From NCBI GenBank assembly GCA_965217585.1, contig OZ244561.1, positions 1,088,001-1,152,000 on the forward strand: a stretch of 64,000 nucleotides of DNA, read 5' to 3'. The DNA is from Candidatus Latescibacterota bacterium. Lineage in GTDB: Bacteria > Latescibacterota > UBA2968 > UBA8231. Both the position numbers and the translations under genes were made by a program. Under the pieces are notes generated by a model. That model had not been told where the DNA came from. It saw only the letters and a list, made by a program, of their open reading frames with translations, and ran no database searches. This document shows positions 36,879 to 46,104 of the stretch, in pieces; position 1 is the stretch's first letter; each line of letters opens with the position of its first letter.

Positions 36879-38810
36879 ATGAAGTCTCTAATGGTATACC
36901 TGATGAGCTTGCTGGTTTTCGTCGAAGCGGGTGCGGCACAGCAAGCCGGCCAAGTGCGGCTGTCTGGCGGGCTGCCGGTGGCCGGGGCGCAGGTGATGCT
37001 ATTTGACCTAGCTAATTTGCGGTGGGGTGCGGTGGCGCAGGCGACGACGGATGAGGACGGGCAGTTTACGCTGCCGCCGCCGGCGTTGGGAGGGGCATTC
37101 GCACGGCCGGAAGGCTTTGTGCTGGGACCGAACTATCCCAATCCGTTCAATCCGTCCACGATCATTCCCTACGAATTGGCGGAGGTGGCGCACGTGCGGT
37201 TGGAGGTGTTCAACACTCTGGGGCAGCGGATTGCGAAGTTAGTGGATGGGGAGCAAGGGGCGGGAGCGTACCGAGTTCGCTGGAATGGCGCGGATGCTTC
37301 GGGCCGCGCGGCAGCGGCGGGAGTGTACATCTATCGTCTAATGGTTGGTAGAATGTATCAAGCTGGTCGGATGGTGCTGGTGGATGGGCAGGCGGGTGTC
37401 CTGGGAGGTGGGGCACAGTTGGAGGCGTTGTCAATGGCAAAGGCCCGGAGTTCCGCGTATGGGTTAGTGGTTTCGGGACAAGGGTTGACTACTCATGTGG
37501 ACTCAGATTTTGGCCTTGAGATGGGGATGGGGCCAGTGGAAGTCGAAATCGAAGCCCACGATAGTGTCCGGATGAAGGTGGTGCAGACGCAGGGCGGGAT
37601 TCTAGGTGATGTGGACAACAATGGCCGCGTCGATATAGCCGACGCCCTTTTGGTGGTAGCGTACAGCGTCAATGCCTCAACTGTGATTCCCAACAACGGC
37701 GATATTTCCCTCGGCGACGTGAACGAAGATGGTCGTATCGATTTTGCTGACGCTTGGCTGATTGCAATTTACAGCACCAATCCATCCGATCCAATGCTGC
37801 CACCGGGAATAGGACAACCTACCGATCCAGATGTAGAACCGCCCACTACTCAGTATGAACCAGACTTCAATATCGAACTCGTCTTCCTCAATTCCGTCCT
37901 CACTTCATCTCAGCCGGATTCTGTGAAAAAAATCGTCCGACAAGCGGCTGCACGCTGGGAGTCAGTCATTACAGGAGATCTCCCGGAGGTTGATCACTCA
38001 TCTAATCCGTGTGATATAACAATAGAAACAAAAAAATATACCAACCCCCCTATTCGCGTCGACGATGTCGTGGATGACCTGCGGATATTTGTTCATGTCG
38101 ATAGCATTGATGGGTCAAGAGGAACTTTAGCACAGGCAGGCCCGCTAGAGCTAAGGGATTCCCTCCTGCTGCCAGTTGTCTCAGTGATAATACTCGATGA
38201 AAGGGATATATCTAGTTCGTCTAGTTCGTCATATTTTCTTCAACGAATTATCCTCCACGAGATGGGGCACGCTTTAGGGTTTACCAGCAATGTTTGGAAT
38301 GAGAGAAATTTATTGCAGGGCCTTGGATGGGATGTGTTTTTCAGTTTTTTCTCCATAGATTGGGATGTGCGCTTCATTGGTCGGCGGGCAATTGAGGCGT
38401 TCAACAACGCGGGAGGCCGTAAGTACGCCGAGAATGATAAGGTGCCCGTGGAGAATAATATAACCTTATTGCAAGACTGGGAACCGGATTGGGGTAGGGA
38501 GTATTCTCATTGGCGGGAGTCCGTGTTCAGGAAAGGGAACGAGAGCGAGCTTATGGTCGGGAGGGTGGATACATCTCATAGACTTCCACTAAGCGCGATC
38601 ACGATCCAGTCCTTTGCCGATCTCGGCTACCAAGTTGATGTAAATCAGGCCGATTCGTACACCCTTCTACAGCTAAGTCCGAAGCCCGTTGCGAACCATA
38701 GCTTGGAACTCAACTGTAGCTTGGGCACGAGGAATATTCGCGTGGTTGATGAGAACGGACGCATCGTCCGCACCATCATACCATTAGCATTGAGACCATT
38801 AAGGGAGTGA
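36879..38810 (+). CDS. Secreted protein: carboxypeptidase-regulatory-like + FlgD-like + dockerin + leishmanolysin (M8)-like zinc metalloprotease
   Basis: N-terminal ~300 aa homologous to the 29245 gene; GTLAQAGP, HEMGHALGF, SHWRESVF, ELM, SAITIQSFADLGY. Confidence 0.82.
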   Translation: MKSLMVYLMSLLVFVEAGAAQQAGQVRLSGGLPVAGAQVMLFDLANLRWGAVAQATTDEDGQFTLPPPALGGAFARPEGFVLGPNYPNPFNPSTIIPYELAEVAHVRLEVFNTLGQRIAKLVDGEQGAGAYRVRWNGADASGRAAAAGVYIYRLMVGRMYQAGRMVLVDGQAGVLGGGAQLEALSMAKARSSAYGLVVSGQGLTTHVDSDFGLEMGMGPVEVEIEAHDSVRMKVVQTQGGILGDVDNNGRVDIADALLVVAYSVNASTVIPNNGDISLGDVNEDGRIDFADAWLIAIYSTNPSDPMLPPGIGQPTDPDVEPPTTQYEPDFNIELVFLNSVLTSSQPDSVKKIVRQAAARWESVITGDLPEVDHSSNPCDITIETKKYTNPPIRVDDVVDDLRIFVHVDSIDGSRGTLAQAGPLELRDSLLLPVVSVIILDERDISSSSSSSYFLQRIILHEMGHALGFTSNVWNERNLLQGLGWDVFFSFFSIDWDVRFIGRRAIEAFNNAGGRKYAENDKVPVENNITLLQDWEPDWGREYSHWRESVFRKGNESELMVGRVDTSHRLPLSAITIQSFADLGYQVDVNQADSYTLLQLSPKPVANHSLELNCSLGTRNIRVVDENGRIVRTIIPLALRPLRE

Positions 38811-38863
38811 TTCGTTAGCTCTCCTATCTTATTGCACGACAGTAATAAAGGATGGAGGAACGC

Positions 38864-39520
38864 ATGCTACGCTTTGTCTTGGTTCTGTGCCTGATAGCTT
38901 TGGCAATCTCGTCACTTTTCGCTCAGAAAATGGAAGATGTCATTTACTTGAGGAATGGAGAAATCGTTCGCGGCACCATCATTGAGCAGATTCCAGGCGA
39001 ATCGCTGAAAATACAAACTGCAGACGGCAGCGTATTCGACTATACTATATACGAGATCGCCGAAATCGGCAGGGAACCTATGATGAAGATAGAAGAAGGG
39101 TACATTAAGGCGAAAAAGAAAAATCCTTGGCTGGCTTTCAGCCTGTCGTTACTGATTCCTGGAACCGGACAATTCTATAATGACCAATACAAAAAGGGAC
39201 TACCCCAACTTGGTGTTGCAATAGCAGGTGCAGGGCTTGTGTTCGAGGGTTTGAGGGATAATTATCAAAGACACCCTGACAGTAAATGGGTCGATGAGGA
39301 TGGAGACGATCGGATAATCTTCTTCGGGGCTCCTCTTTGGTTGGGCAGCCTACTGTGGTCAGTGATTGACGCCCCCATCTCTGCCAACCGAGTCAATCAG
39401 CAAGGTCAGCAACCTGATTACGGGCATCTGCTGGAGTTTGATGGCGACCAAGCCACGCTCGGTGTCGATCCTATTATTTGGCGCAATGGATCAGGTGTCA
39501 GACTGATGCTTCATTTTTAG
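38864..39520 (+). CDS. Secreted/membrane protein: conserved N-module (EDVIYLRNG..RGTIIEQIPGE) + TM2-like domain
   Basis: GGAGG RBS; KKNPWLAFSLSLLIPGTGQFY; LWSVIDA. Confidence 0.68.
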   Translation: MLRFVLVLCLIALAISSLFAQKMEDVIYLRNGEIVRGTIIEQIPGESLKIQTADGSVFDYTIYEIAEIGREPMMKIEEGYIKAKKKNPWLAFSLSLLIPGTGQFYNDQYKKGLPQLGVAIAGAGLVFEGLRDNYQRHPDSKWVDEDGDDRIIFFGAPLWLGSLLWSVIDAPISANRVNQQGQQPDYGHLLEFDGDQATLGVDPIIWRNGSGVRLMLHF

Positions 39521-39678
39521 TCGTCCACGTAAGCGGCAAACCCTTTCTATCCTAGCAATGGGGTTCAAGACAGCCTTGGAGCCTGCGCTCGGTCAGACGA
39601 GCCTCAGGAGGCAACTAAATAATGACTAACGACCTCTTCAAAACCCACTATTCCCAGCCACCCCGAAAGGAGCAGGCA

Positions 39679-42459
39679 ATGAAGTACTTTGCATTTTTAT
39701 CGTTATTAGCTTTCGGCCTCGCCACATGCACAGGGCCTCAGGGTCCTGAGGGGCCGATGGGGCCTCCAGGACCCTCGGGCGAACAAGGGCTTGAAGGTGA
39801 ACAAGGGCCTGGAGGGCCTGAAGGTGAACAAGGTGAACAAGGTGAACAAGGGCCTGGAGGGCCTGAAGGTGAACAAGGTGAACAAGGTGAACAAGGGCCT
39901 GGAGGGCCTGAAGGTGAACAAGGTGAACAAGGTGAACAAGGGCCTGGAGGGCCTGAAGGTGAACAAGGTGAACAAGGTGAACAAGGGCCTGGAGGGCCTG
40001 AAGGTGAACAAGGTGAACAAGGTGAACAAGGGCTTGGAGGGCCTGAAGGACCCCAAGGACCTCAAGGTGAACAAGGTGAACAAGGGCCTGGAGGGCCTGA
40101 AGGACCCCAAGGACCTCAAGGTGAACAAGGGCCTGGAGGGCCTGGAGGGCCTGGAGGGCCTGAAGGACCCCAAGGACCTCAAGGTGAACAAGGCGAACAA
40201 GGGCCTCTAGGGCCTGAAGGTGAACAAGGCGAACAAGGGCCTGGAGGGCCTGAAGGACCCCAAGGACCTCAAGGTGAACAAGGGCCTGGAGGGCCTGGAG
40301 GGCCTGAAGGACCCCAAGGACCTCAAGGTGAACAAGGCGAACAAGGGCCTCTAGGGCCTGAAGGTGAACAAGGCGAACAAGGGCCTGGAGGGCCTGAAGG
40401 ACCCCAAGGACCTCAAGGTGAACAAGGGCCTGGAGGGCCTGGAGGGCCTGAAGGACCCCAAGGACCTCAAGGTGAACAAGGGCCTGGAGGGCCTGGAGGG
40501 CCTGAAGGACCCCAAGGACCTCAAGGTGAACAAGGCGAACAAGGGCCTCTAGGGCCTGAAGGTGAACAAGGCGAACAAGGGCCTGGAGGGCCTGAAGGTG
40601 AACAAGGACCTCAAGGTGAACAAGGTGAACAAGGGCCTGGAGGGCCTGAAGGACCCCAAGGACCTCAAGGTGAACAAGGCGAACAAGGGCCTGGAGGGCC
40701 TGAAGGACCCCAAGGACCTCAAGGTGAACAAGGCGAACAAGGGCCTGGAGGGCCTGAAGGTGAACAAGGCGAACAAGGGCCTGGAGGGCCTGAAGGACCC
40801 CAAGGACCTCAAGGTGAACAAGGGCCTGGAGGGCCTGGAGGGCCTGGAGGGCCTGAAGGACCCCAAGGACCTCAAGGTGAACAAGGCGAACAAGGGCCTC
40901 TAGGGCCTGAAGGTGAACAAGGCGAACAAGGGCCTGGAGGGCCTGAAGGACCCCAAGGACCTCAAGGCGAAGGTGAACAAGGGCCTGGAGGGCCTGAAGG
41001 ACCCCAAGGACCTCAAGGTGAACAAGGCGAACAAGGGCCTGGAGGGCCTGAAGGACCCCAAGGACCTCAAGGTGAACAAGGCGAACAAGGGCCTGGAGGG
41101 CCTGAAGGACCCCAAGGACCTCAAGGCGAAGGTGAAGGCGTACAAGGGCCTCCAGGACCCCAAGGACCTCAAGGACCTGAAGGACCCCAAGGACCCCAAG
41201 GGCCTCCAGGCGAAGGCGAACAAGGACCTGAAGGACCCCAAGGGCCTCCAGGCGAAGGCGAACAAGGGCCTGAAGGACCTCAAGGTGAACAAGGTGATCA
41301 AGGACCTCCAGGCGAAGGTGAAGGCGTACAAGGACCTGAAGGACCTCAAGGACCTCAAGGACCTCAAGGACCTCAAGGACCCCAAGGGCCTCCAGGCGAA
41401 GGCGAACAAGGGCCTGAAGGACCTCAAGGACCTCAAGGACCTCCAGGTGAACAAGGGCCTCCAGGTGAACAAGCGCCTCCAAGCGAAGGCGAACAAGCGC
41501 CTGAAGAGTCCGATTCGTCTGCGCTCGATCCGTCTGCCCCTGTCAACCTCTCCAATCACTTCCGCGACGACTGGGATCCGGCTTGGTCCCCCGACGGCAG
41601 CCGGATCGCCTTCGTTTCCAAGCGCGACGGCAATGCGGAGATTTATGTTATGGATGCGGATGGTGGCAACCCGACCCGCCTCACCAACAACAATGCCAAC
41701 GACGAATCTCCGGTTTGGTCCCCCGACGGCACCCACATCGCTTTCCTTTCCGATCGCGACGGTAGTAGGGAGATCTATGTTATGGGCGAGAATGGCGGAA
41801 CCCCGACCCGCCTCACCACTGGAACTTACGACGACTGGGCTCTGGATTGGTCGCCCGATAGTCGCCGTATCGTCTTCGTTGATGGCCGCGAGAGCAACGG
41901 CTACGGGAGCATCTGGGTGAAAAATGCAAATGGCGGCGGTGATTTCCGAATCGCATCTGGCACCAACTGGGATCCGGCTTGGTCGCCCGACGGTCGCTAT
42001 ATCGCCTACGTCAACAATTGCGACATCTATGTAGAGACTGAAGATGCTCGCAACGTGACCCGCATCTTCAACTCCTCCGGCTGTAGTATTCAATACACTA
42101 AATCTCCGGTTTGGTCGCCCAACGGTCGTCATATCGCCTTTTATTTTCATGGTCCCGGTCCCAATTTTGATATTTATGTGATGGATGCGGATGGCCAAAA
42201 TCTGACCCGTCTCACCGACAACGCGGCCGACGACGAGGCGCCGATTTGGTCACCTAACGGCCTCCACCTCGCCTTCATTTCCGACCGCGAGGGCAATTTT
42301 GATATTTATGTGATGGATGCGGATGGCGGCAACGTGACCCGTCTCACCGAACACGCAGCCGACGACGAGGCGCCGGTTTGGTCGCCCGACGGCAGCCAAA
42401 TCGCCTTCGTTTCCTTCCGCCTCGGCAATAGGGAGATCTATGTGGTAGATGTTGACTGA
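39679..42459 (+). CDS. Collagen-like lipoprotein with C-terminal 7 PD40 (TolB-like) repeats
   Basis: AAGGAG RBS, lipobox GLATC, ~590 aa Gly-X-Y tract, 7x WSP(D/N) repeats, terminal EIYVVDVD. Confidence 0.9.
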   Translation: MKYFAFLSLLAFGLATCTGPQGPEGPMGPPGPSGEQGLEGEQGPGGPEGEQGEQGEQGPGGPEGEQGEQGEQGPGGPEGEQGEQGEQGPGGPEGEQGEQGEQGPGGPEGEQGEQGEQGLGGPEGPQGPQGEQGEQGPGGPEGPQGPQGEQGPGGPGGPGGPEGPQGPQGEQGEQGPLGPEGEQGEQGPGGPEGPQGPQGEQGPGGPGGPEGPQGPQGEQGEQGPLGPEGEQGEQGPGGPEGPQGPQGEQGPGGPGGPEGPQGPQGEQGPGGPGGPEGPQGPQGEQGEQGPLGPEGEQGEQGPGGPEGEQGPQGEQGEQGPGGPEGPQGPQGEQGEQGPGGPEGPQGPQGEQGEQGPGGPEGEQGEQGPGGPEGPQGPQGEQGPGGPGGPGGPEGPQGPQGEQGEQGPLGPEGEQGEQGPGGPEGPQGPQGEGEQGPGGPEGPQGPQGEQGEQGPGGPEGPQGPQGEQGEQGPGGPEGPQGPQGEGEGVQGPPGPQGPQGPEGPQGPQGPPGEGEQGPEGPQGPPGEGEQGPEGPQGEQGDQGPPGEGEGVQGPEGPQGPQGPQGPQGPQGPPGEGEQGPEGPQGPQGPPGEQGPPGEQAPPSEGEQAPEESDSSALDPSAPVNLSNHFRDDWDPAWSPDGSRIAFVSKRDGNAEIYVMDADGGNPTRLTNNNANDESPVWSPDGTHIAFLSDRDGSREIYVMGENGGTPTRLTTGTYDDWALDWSPDSRRIVFVDGRESNGYGSIWVKNANGGGDFRIASGTNWDPAWSPDGRYIAYVNNCDIYVETEDARNVTRIFNSSGCSIQYTKSPVWSPNGRHIAFYFHGPGPNFDIYVMDADGQNLTRLTDNAADDEAPIWSPNGLHLAFISDREGNFDIYVMDADGGNVTRLTEHAADDEAPVWSPDGSQIAFVSFRLGNREIYVVDVD
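39733..41500 (+). repeat. Coding minisatellite of 9-bp units (GGTGAACAA, GGGCCTGGA, GGGCCTGAA, GGACCCCAA, GGACCTCAA)
   Basis: Directly visible ~1.8 kb tandem array with higher-order repeats of 45 bp and longer. Confidence 0.95.
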
Positions 42460-42756
42460 GGGAGCCTAACACAGGCACCGGCCACCAAGCATCCTGTATC
42501 TTCGGAGTTAGGGCTTTACCCTCTGCTTTGAGTGCTTGGCTCAAAGCACTTTGGAGAAGACGAACGCATCGGATCCACTTCAGGTGTCACCACAACCCTG
42601 AAACCGATGCGTTCGCCTTTCCCTACCCAACCGCTCGGATCGACGAAGCCGCGCGCCAAAGTACCCGAAAGGCTATGAACAACAATACCTCGTGCATCTC
42701 GCAGCGGTTTGGTTGCTTTCGCTCACAGCGAAAAGGAGCCGTTCAGGAGTGAATAG

Positions 42757-43707
42757 ATGAAAAAACGCAGCCGAGAGCTCAGCATCTTTGGCATGTCCGC
42801 GCTCGATCTGTTCGCATCGGCGCTCGGTGCCTTCGTACTCATCACCATAGTGCTGATGCCCCTTTTTCCGAATCTGGACATGTTGGGACAGACAACGGCT
42901 GAGTTAGAACAGGCAAAGACTGAGTTGGAGCAGACAACGGCTGAGTTAGAGCAGGCAAAGGCTAAACTAGAACAGGAAAAAGCCCAATCAGAGCGGGCAA
43001 AGGCCCAATCAGAGCGGGCAAAGGCTAAACTGGAACAGGAAAAAGCCACGCTGAAACAAGAAGAGGCCGAGCTGGAGCGGGAAAAGGCCAAAGCTCCAAA
43101 AACAAAAAGTCCGCTTGAAAAACGAGTGGAGGCTTTGCAACGGGAGATAGACGACACAGCCGTTTTATTGGGCATTAAGACGAAGGCAAAGAAGTTCGTG
43201 TTCGTCATAGATATGTCGGGCAGTATTTATCATCCCGGACAGCACGATTATCGCCAGTTCATAACATTGTCCATACAAGACATGCTCGCTGCTTTTAAGT
43301 CGGAAATAGAGGTCTGTCTCATTGGTTTTCATGCCCCAAATCGGAGACCGGTGTTGCACTATTGGCCTAGAGACAAAGGTTATTTTCAAGTAAAAAAGAA
43401 CGTACAAGATCGCGTTGTAGGACAGGTAAACGACTGGATGAAATTGGTGGATGGCGTCACGCCTACACTCACCGCCTTGCTAGCGGCGATTGCACTGCAC
43501 CCCGAAGAAATCATCCTGCTAAGCGATGGTGCGCCCTCAGAAGATTGGCGCATGGTCGTGCGGACGGTAACTGCTGAAAATAAGCGTAAAATACCCATAC
43601 ATGCCGTAGCCGTTGGCAATTACACGGCGGACCGGAAGTTTATTGATTTTCTAGTGCAGTTGACAAAGCAGAATAATGGGTACGTCGTAGGAGCCAAACC
43701 GGGTTGA
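42757..43707 (+). CDS. Membrane-anchored coiled-coil + vWA domain protein
   Basis: N-terminal TM SALDLFASALGAF; ELEQAK heptads; MIDAS DMSGS...TP...LSDG; IHAVAVG. Confidence 0.82.
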   Translation: MKKRSRELSIFGMSALDLFASALGAFVLITIVLMPLFPNLDMLGQTTAELEQAKTELEQTTAELEQAKAKLEQEKAQSERAKAQSERAKAKLEQEKATLKQEEAELEREKAKAPKTKSPLEKRVEALQREIDDTAVLLGIKTKAKKFVFVIDMSGSIYHPGQHDYRQFITLSIQDMLAAFKSEIEVCLIGFHAPNRRPVLHYWPRDKGYFQVKKNVQDRVVGQVNDWMKLVDGVTPTLTALLAAIALHPEEIILLSDGAPSEDWRMVVRTVTAENKRKIPIHAVAVGNYTADRKFIDFLVQLTKQNNGYVVGAKPG

Positions 43708-43752
43708 TACCGAGTTAATATGAACAAAATGTAATTGGCGAGGAGGAGTGAC

Positions 43753-44562
43753 ATGGTAAAGGTAATGCAAGAGCAACGCCTCAAAGTAAGCGTCGTCAGC
43801 CTGCTAGGAGGCATCATATCCATAGCGATTATGAGCTTTATTTTCGATCATCCCGATTCTGCGGCAGGTGCTTTCCTGTTAGATCGCCACACGGAAAATT
43901 TTCTCTACCCGTTTACGATCCAAAACGTCATGTGGCTTATGTTTTGGGTCAGCTGCGGTGAACTCTGGGTGCGGTTTAGCCAAGCCAAGCTGGAATTGGA
44001 GCAGATATCAAAACGCTATCTGCCAGAGGACGATGAGGTTGTGTTGCAGGCGCAGGATTTAGGTCCCTTTTACCAAAAGGTGCGACCCATAGAAAAGGAG
44101 CGCGCCTTCTATTTACAGCGTCTGATAGTGCGCTGTATTCTACAATTTCAGGGAAGCCGCTCCGTGAACCAAGCCAACTCGCTATTGAATTCTTCCCTCG
44201 AATTATTTCAGCACGAACTCGATCTCAAATACGCGATGTTGCGCTATCTCGTATGGCTGATACCAACGTTGGGATTTATTGGCACCATGGTGGGCATTGC
44301 GTTTGCGTTGGATTATGCGGCCACCCTTGAAGACCCACGGAGCCCGACCTTGCTGGCCGAGATCACGGGTCGGCTAGGTGTCGCGTTTTATACAACCTTG
44401 CTCTCGTTGGTCCAGTCAGTACTGTTGGTGTTTGCGCTGCACATTGTGCAAAGCCGAGAAGAGATGGCCCTAAACCAATCCGGCCAATACTGCTTGGACA
44501 ACCTAATCAACCGGCTTTACGAAAAACAAGTCGGGGGCGAGATGCCTGCACTGACGGAATAA
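43753..44562 (+). CDS. MotA/TolQ/ExbB proton channel family protein
   Basis: WLIPTLGFIGTMVGI and LGVAFYTTL signature helices; AGGAGG RBS. Confidence 0.85.
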   Translation: MVKVMQEQRLKVSVVSLLGGIISIAIMSFIFDHPDSAAGAFLLDRHTENFLYPFTIQNVMWLMFWVSCGELWVRFSQAKLELEQISKRYLPEDDEVVLQAQDLGPFYQKVRPIEKERAFYLQRLIVRCILQFQGSRSVNQANSLLNSSLELFQHELDLKYAMLRYLVWLIPTLGFIGTMVGIAFALDYAATLEDPRSPTLLAEITGRLGVAFYTTLLSLVQSVLLVFALHIVQSREEMALNQSGQYCLDNLINRLYEKQVGGEMPALTE

Positions 44563-44582
44563 CCCAAAGATAGGAGGGCACC

Positions 44583-45143
44583 ATGCCTGTTTATCGCGGA
44601 CCCGATGGCAAAATCATTGAAGAAAAAACCGTTAGGCGGAAAGAGGATACCAAACCAACGGAGGAGGCCAACAGGCCATTGCCACCGGCACCACAGGACG
44701 ACGAGGAGGAGAAGACGCGTTTGGTCGGTGGGCGGCGGCGATCAGACGAGAAGCGCACCGAAGCGGATCGCGGCATGGATGATCCGGTTGTGGGGTGGCT
44801 AGTGGTTGTCGAGGGGCCGGGCAAAGGGCGAGCCATGCAATTGGGTTATGGTTCCAATTCGCTTGGGCGCGGTGCAACCGACCGCCTCAAGCTGGATTTC
44901 GGCGACGATCAGATTTCGCGCAATGGCCATGCCGTTGTTACGTACGATCCGCGCGGCCGGAAGTTTTACGTCCAGCACGGCGGCGGCACCAACCTGACGT
45001 ATCTCGGCAATCAGCCCGTGCTCGCACCGGCTGAGTTGCCGGCGCTGAGCCACATCACTATCGGCAATACGGTTCTCCGTTTCGTTCCCCTGTGCGGTGC
45101 CGAGTTTGATTGGCAGGATACAGAAGGAAGCGAAGCGCGATGA
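44583..45143 (+). CDS. FHA domain protein
   Basis: VGWLVVVEGPGKG, LGRG, ISRNGHA, GTNLT. Confidence 0.85.
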   Translation: MPVYRGPDGKIIEEKTVRRKEDTKPTEEANRPLPPAPQDDEEEKTRLVGGRRRSDEKRTEADRGMDDPVVGWLVVVEGPGKGRAMQLGYGSNSLGRGATDRLKLDFGDDQISRNGHAVVTYDPRGRKFYVQHGGGTNLTYLGNQPVLAPAELPALSHITIGNTVLRFVPLCGAEFDWQDTEGSEAR

Positions 45144-46048
45144 ACGAATTAGACGGGCGCTTTGCCGCGAGGCAAATCCCCGGCAAACGAGAGTATCAAG
45201 AGGATGATTACGGCCTGCTGGATGGGCGCGACCTCGGAATAGACGGTAGCGAGCACTCCATGTTGTTGGTCGCCGATGGCATGGGCGGTCATGTTGCCGG
45301 CGCGACTGCCAGTGGTCTTTTGAGCAAGACCTTTGTCGAGGCGTATCCGCAGGCTTCTGGACCCATCGTTGATCGGCTCCAGGACTGCCTCGAAGCGGCG
45401 AATAAAGCCATTGCCGATGCCATTGCCGAAAACCCTAACCTCGACAGTATGGGTTCGACCGTGGTCACGGCTGTTGTTTCAAGCGAAGGGCTGAACTGGA
45501 TTAGCGTGGGCGATTCTCCGTTGTGGTTGTTCCGCAAGGGCACATTGGAGCGTTTGAATGCAGACCACTCTATGGCTCCGATTCTTGCGGATCTCGTGGC
45601 AAAGGGGGGTATGACCGCAGAGGAAGCGGCTCAGGATCCAAGGCGGCATGCACTGCGGTCGGCGGTCATGGGCGATGACATACATCTGATTGACGTGTCG
45701 TCACATCCGGTGGCGGTCGAGAAGGGCGACCGGCTGCTATTGGCGAGCGATGGTTTGCTGACTCTCCGCAATCAGGAGATTGCGGATATCCTCAAGAAAA
45801 CGCAAGACGCGCCATTGGAGGATAGCGCCGCAGCCCTTATCCAAGCCGTGGAAGCAGCCGAATATCCCCATCAGGACAACACGACCCTCTTGTTGTACGC
45901 ACCGGTCGAGGGCATAGAATTGACTGCGGCTGCTATTGGCGAGGGGAGAGGTGCTCAGGGTAGGCCGCGATTAAAACGCTGGGGCGGACTGTTGGGGACA
46001 TTGCTATGCGTTCTCGTTTTATTGGGAGTGCTTTATTGGCTTGGGTGA
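45140..46048 (+). CDS. PP2C-family Ser/Thr protein phosphatase with C-terminal TM helix
   Basis: REYQED, VADGMGG, VGDS, LASDGL, DNTT. Confidence 0.92.
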   Translation: MNELDGRFAARQIPGKREYQEDDYGLLDGRDLGIDGSEHSMLLVADGMGGHVAGATASGLLSKTFVEAYPQASGPIVDRLQDCLEAANKAIADAIAENPNLDSMGSTVVTAVVSSEGLNWISVGDSPLWLFRKGTLERLNADHSMAPILADLVAKGGMTAEEAAQDPRRHALRSAVMGDDIHLIDVSSHPVAVEKGDRLLLASDGLLTLRNQEIADILKKTQDAPLEDSAAALIQAVEAAEYPHQDNTTLLLYAPVEGIELTAAAIGEGRGAQGRPRLKRWGGLLGTLLCVLVLLGVLYWLG

Positions 46049-46104
46049 GGCAAAGATGCGCTGCTGAGACGATAGCACCCGTATGGGGATAGAGAAAGCC
46101 GAGT

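Noticed and set aside
39733-41500. CRISPR-like or non-coding repeat array
   Set aside because: No unique spacers; units are codon-phased collagen triplets; no cas genes.
39638-42198. Long alternative-frame and antisense ORFs (614 aa VHLQAL..., KDLK..., RPSRP...) over the collagen tract
   Set aside because: They arise because the 9-bp repeat lacks stops in other frames; only the Gly-X-Y frame has an RBS, lipobox and domain continuity.
42464-42515. attC-like site GCCTAAC...GTTAGGG after the collagen gene, suggesting an integron array
   Set aside because: Only about 50 bp, poor internal L-box pairing, no comparable sites at other island junctions, and no intI in the window.
42528-42752. 74-aa ORF or gene remnant before the vWA gene
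   Set aside because: No RBS or recognisable motif; cannot be supported.
42757-44562. Zorya (ZorAB) defence system call
   Set aside because: No OmpA-like domain, no long ZorA tail and no zorC/D/E; only fold-level analogy.
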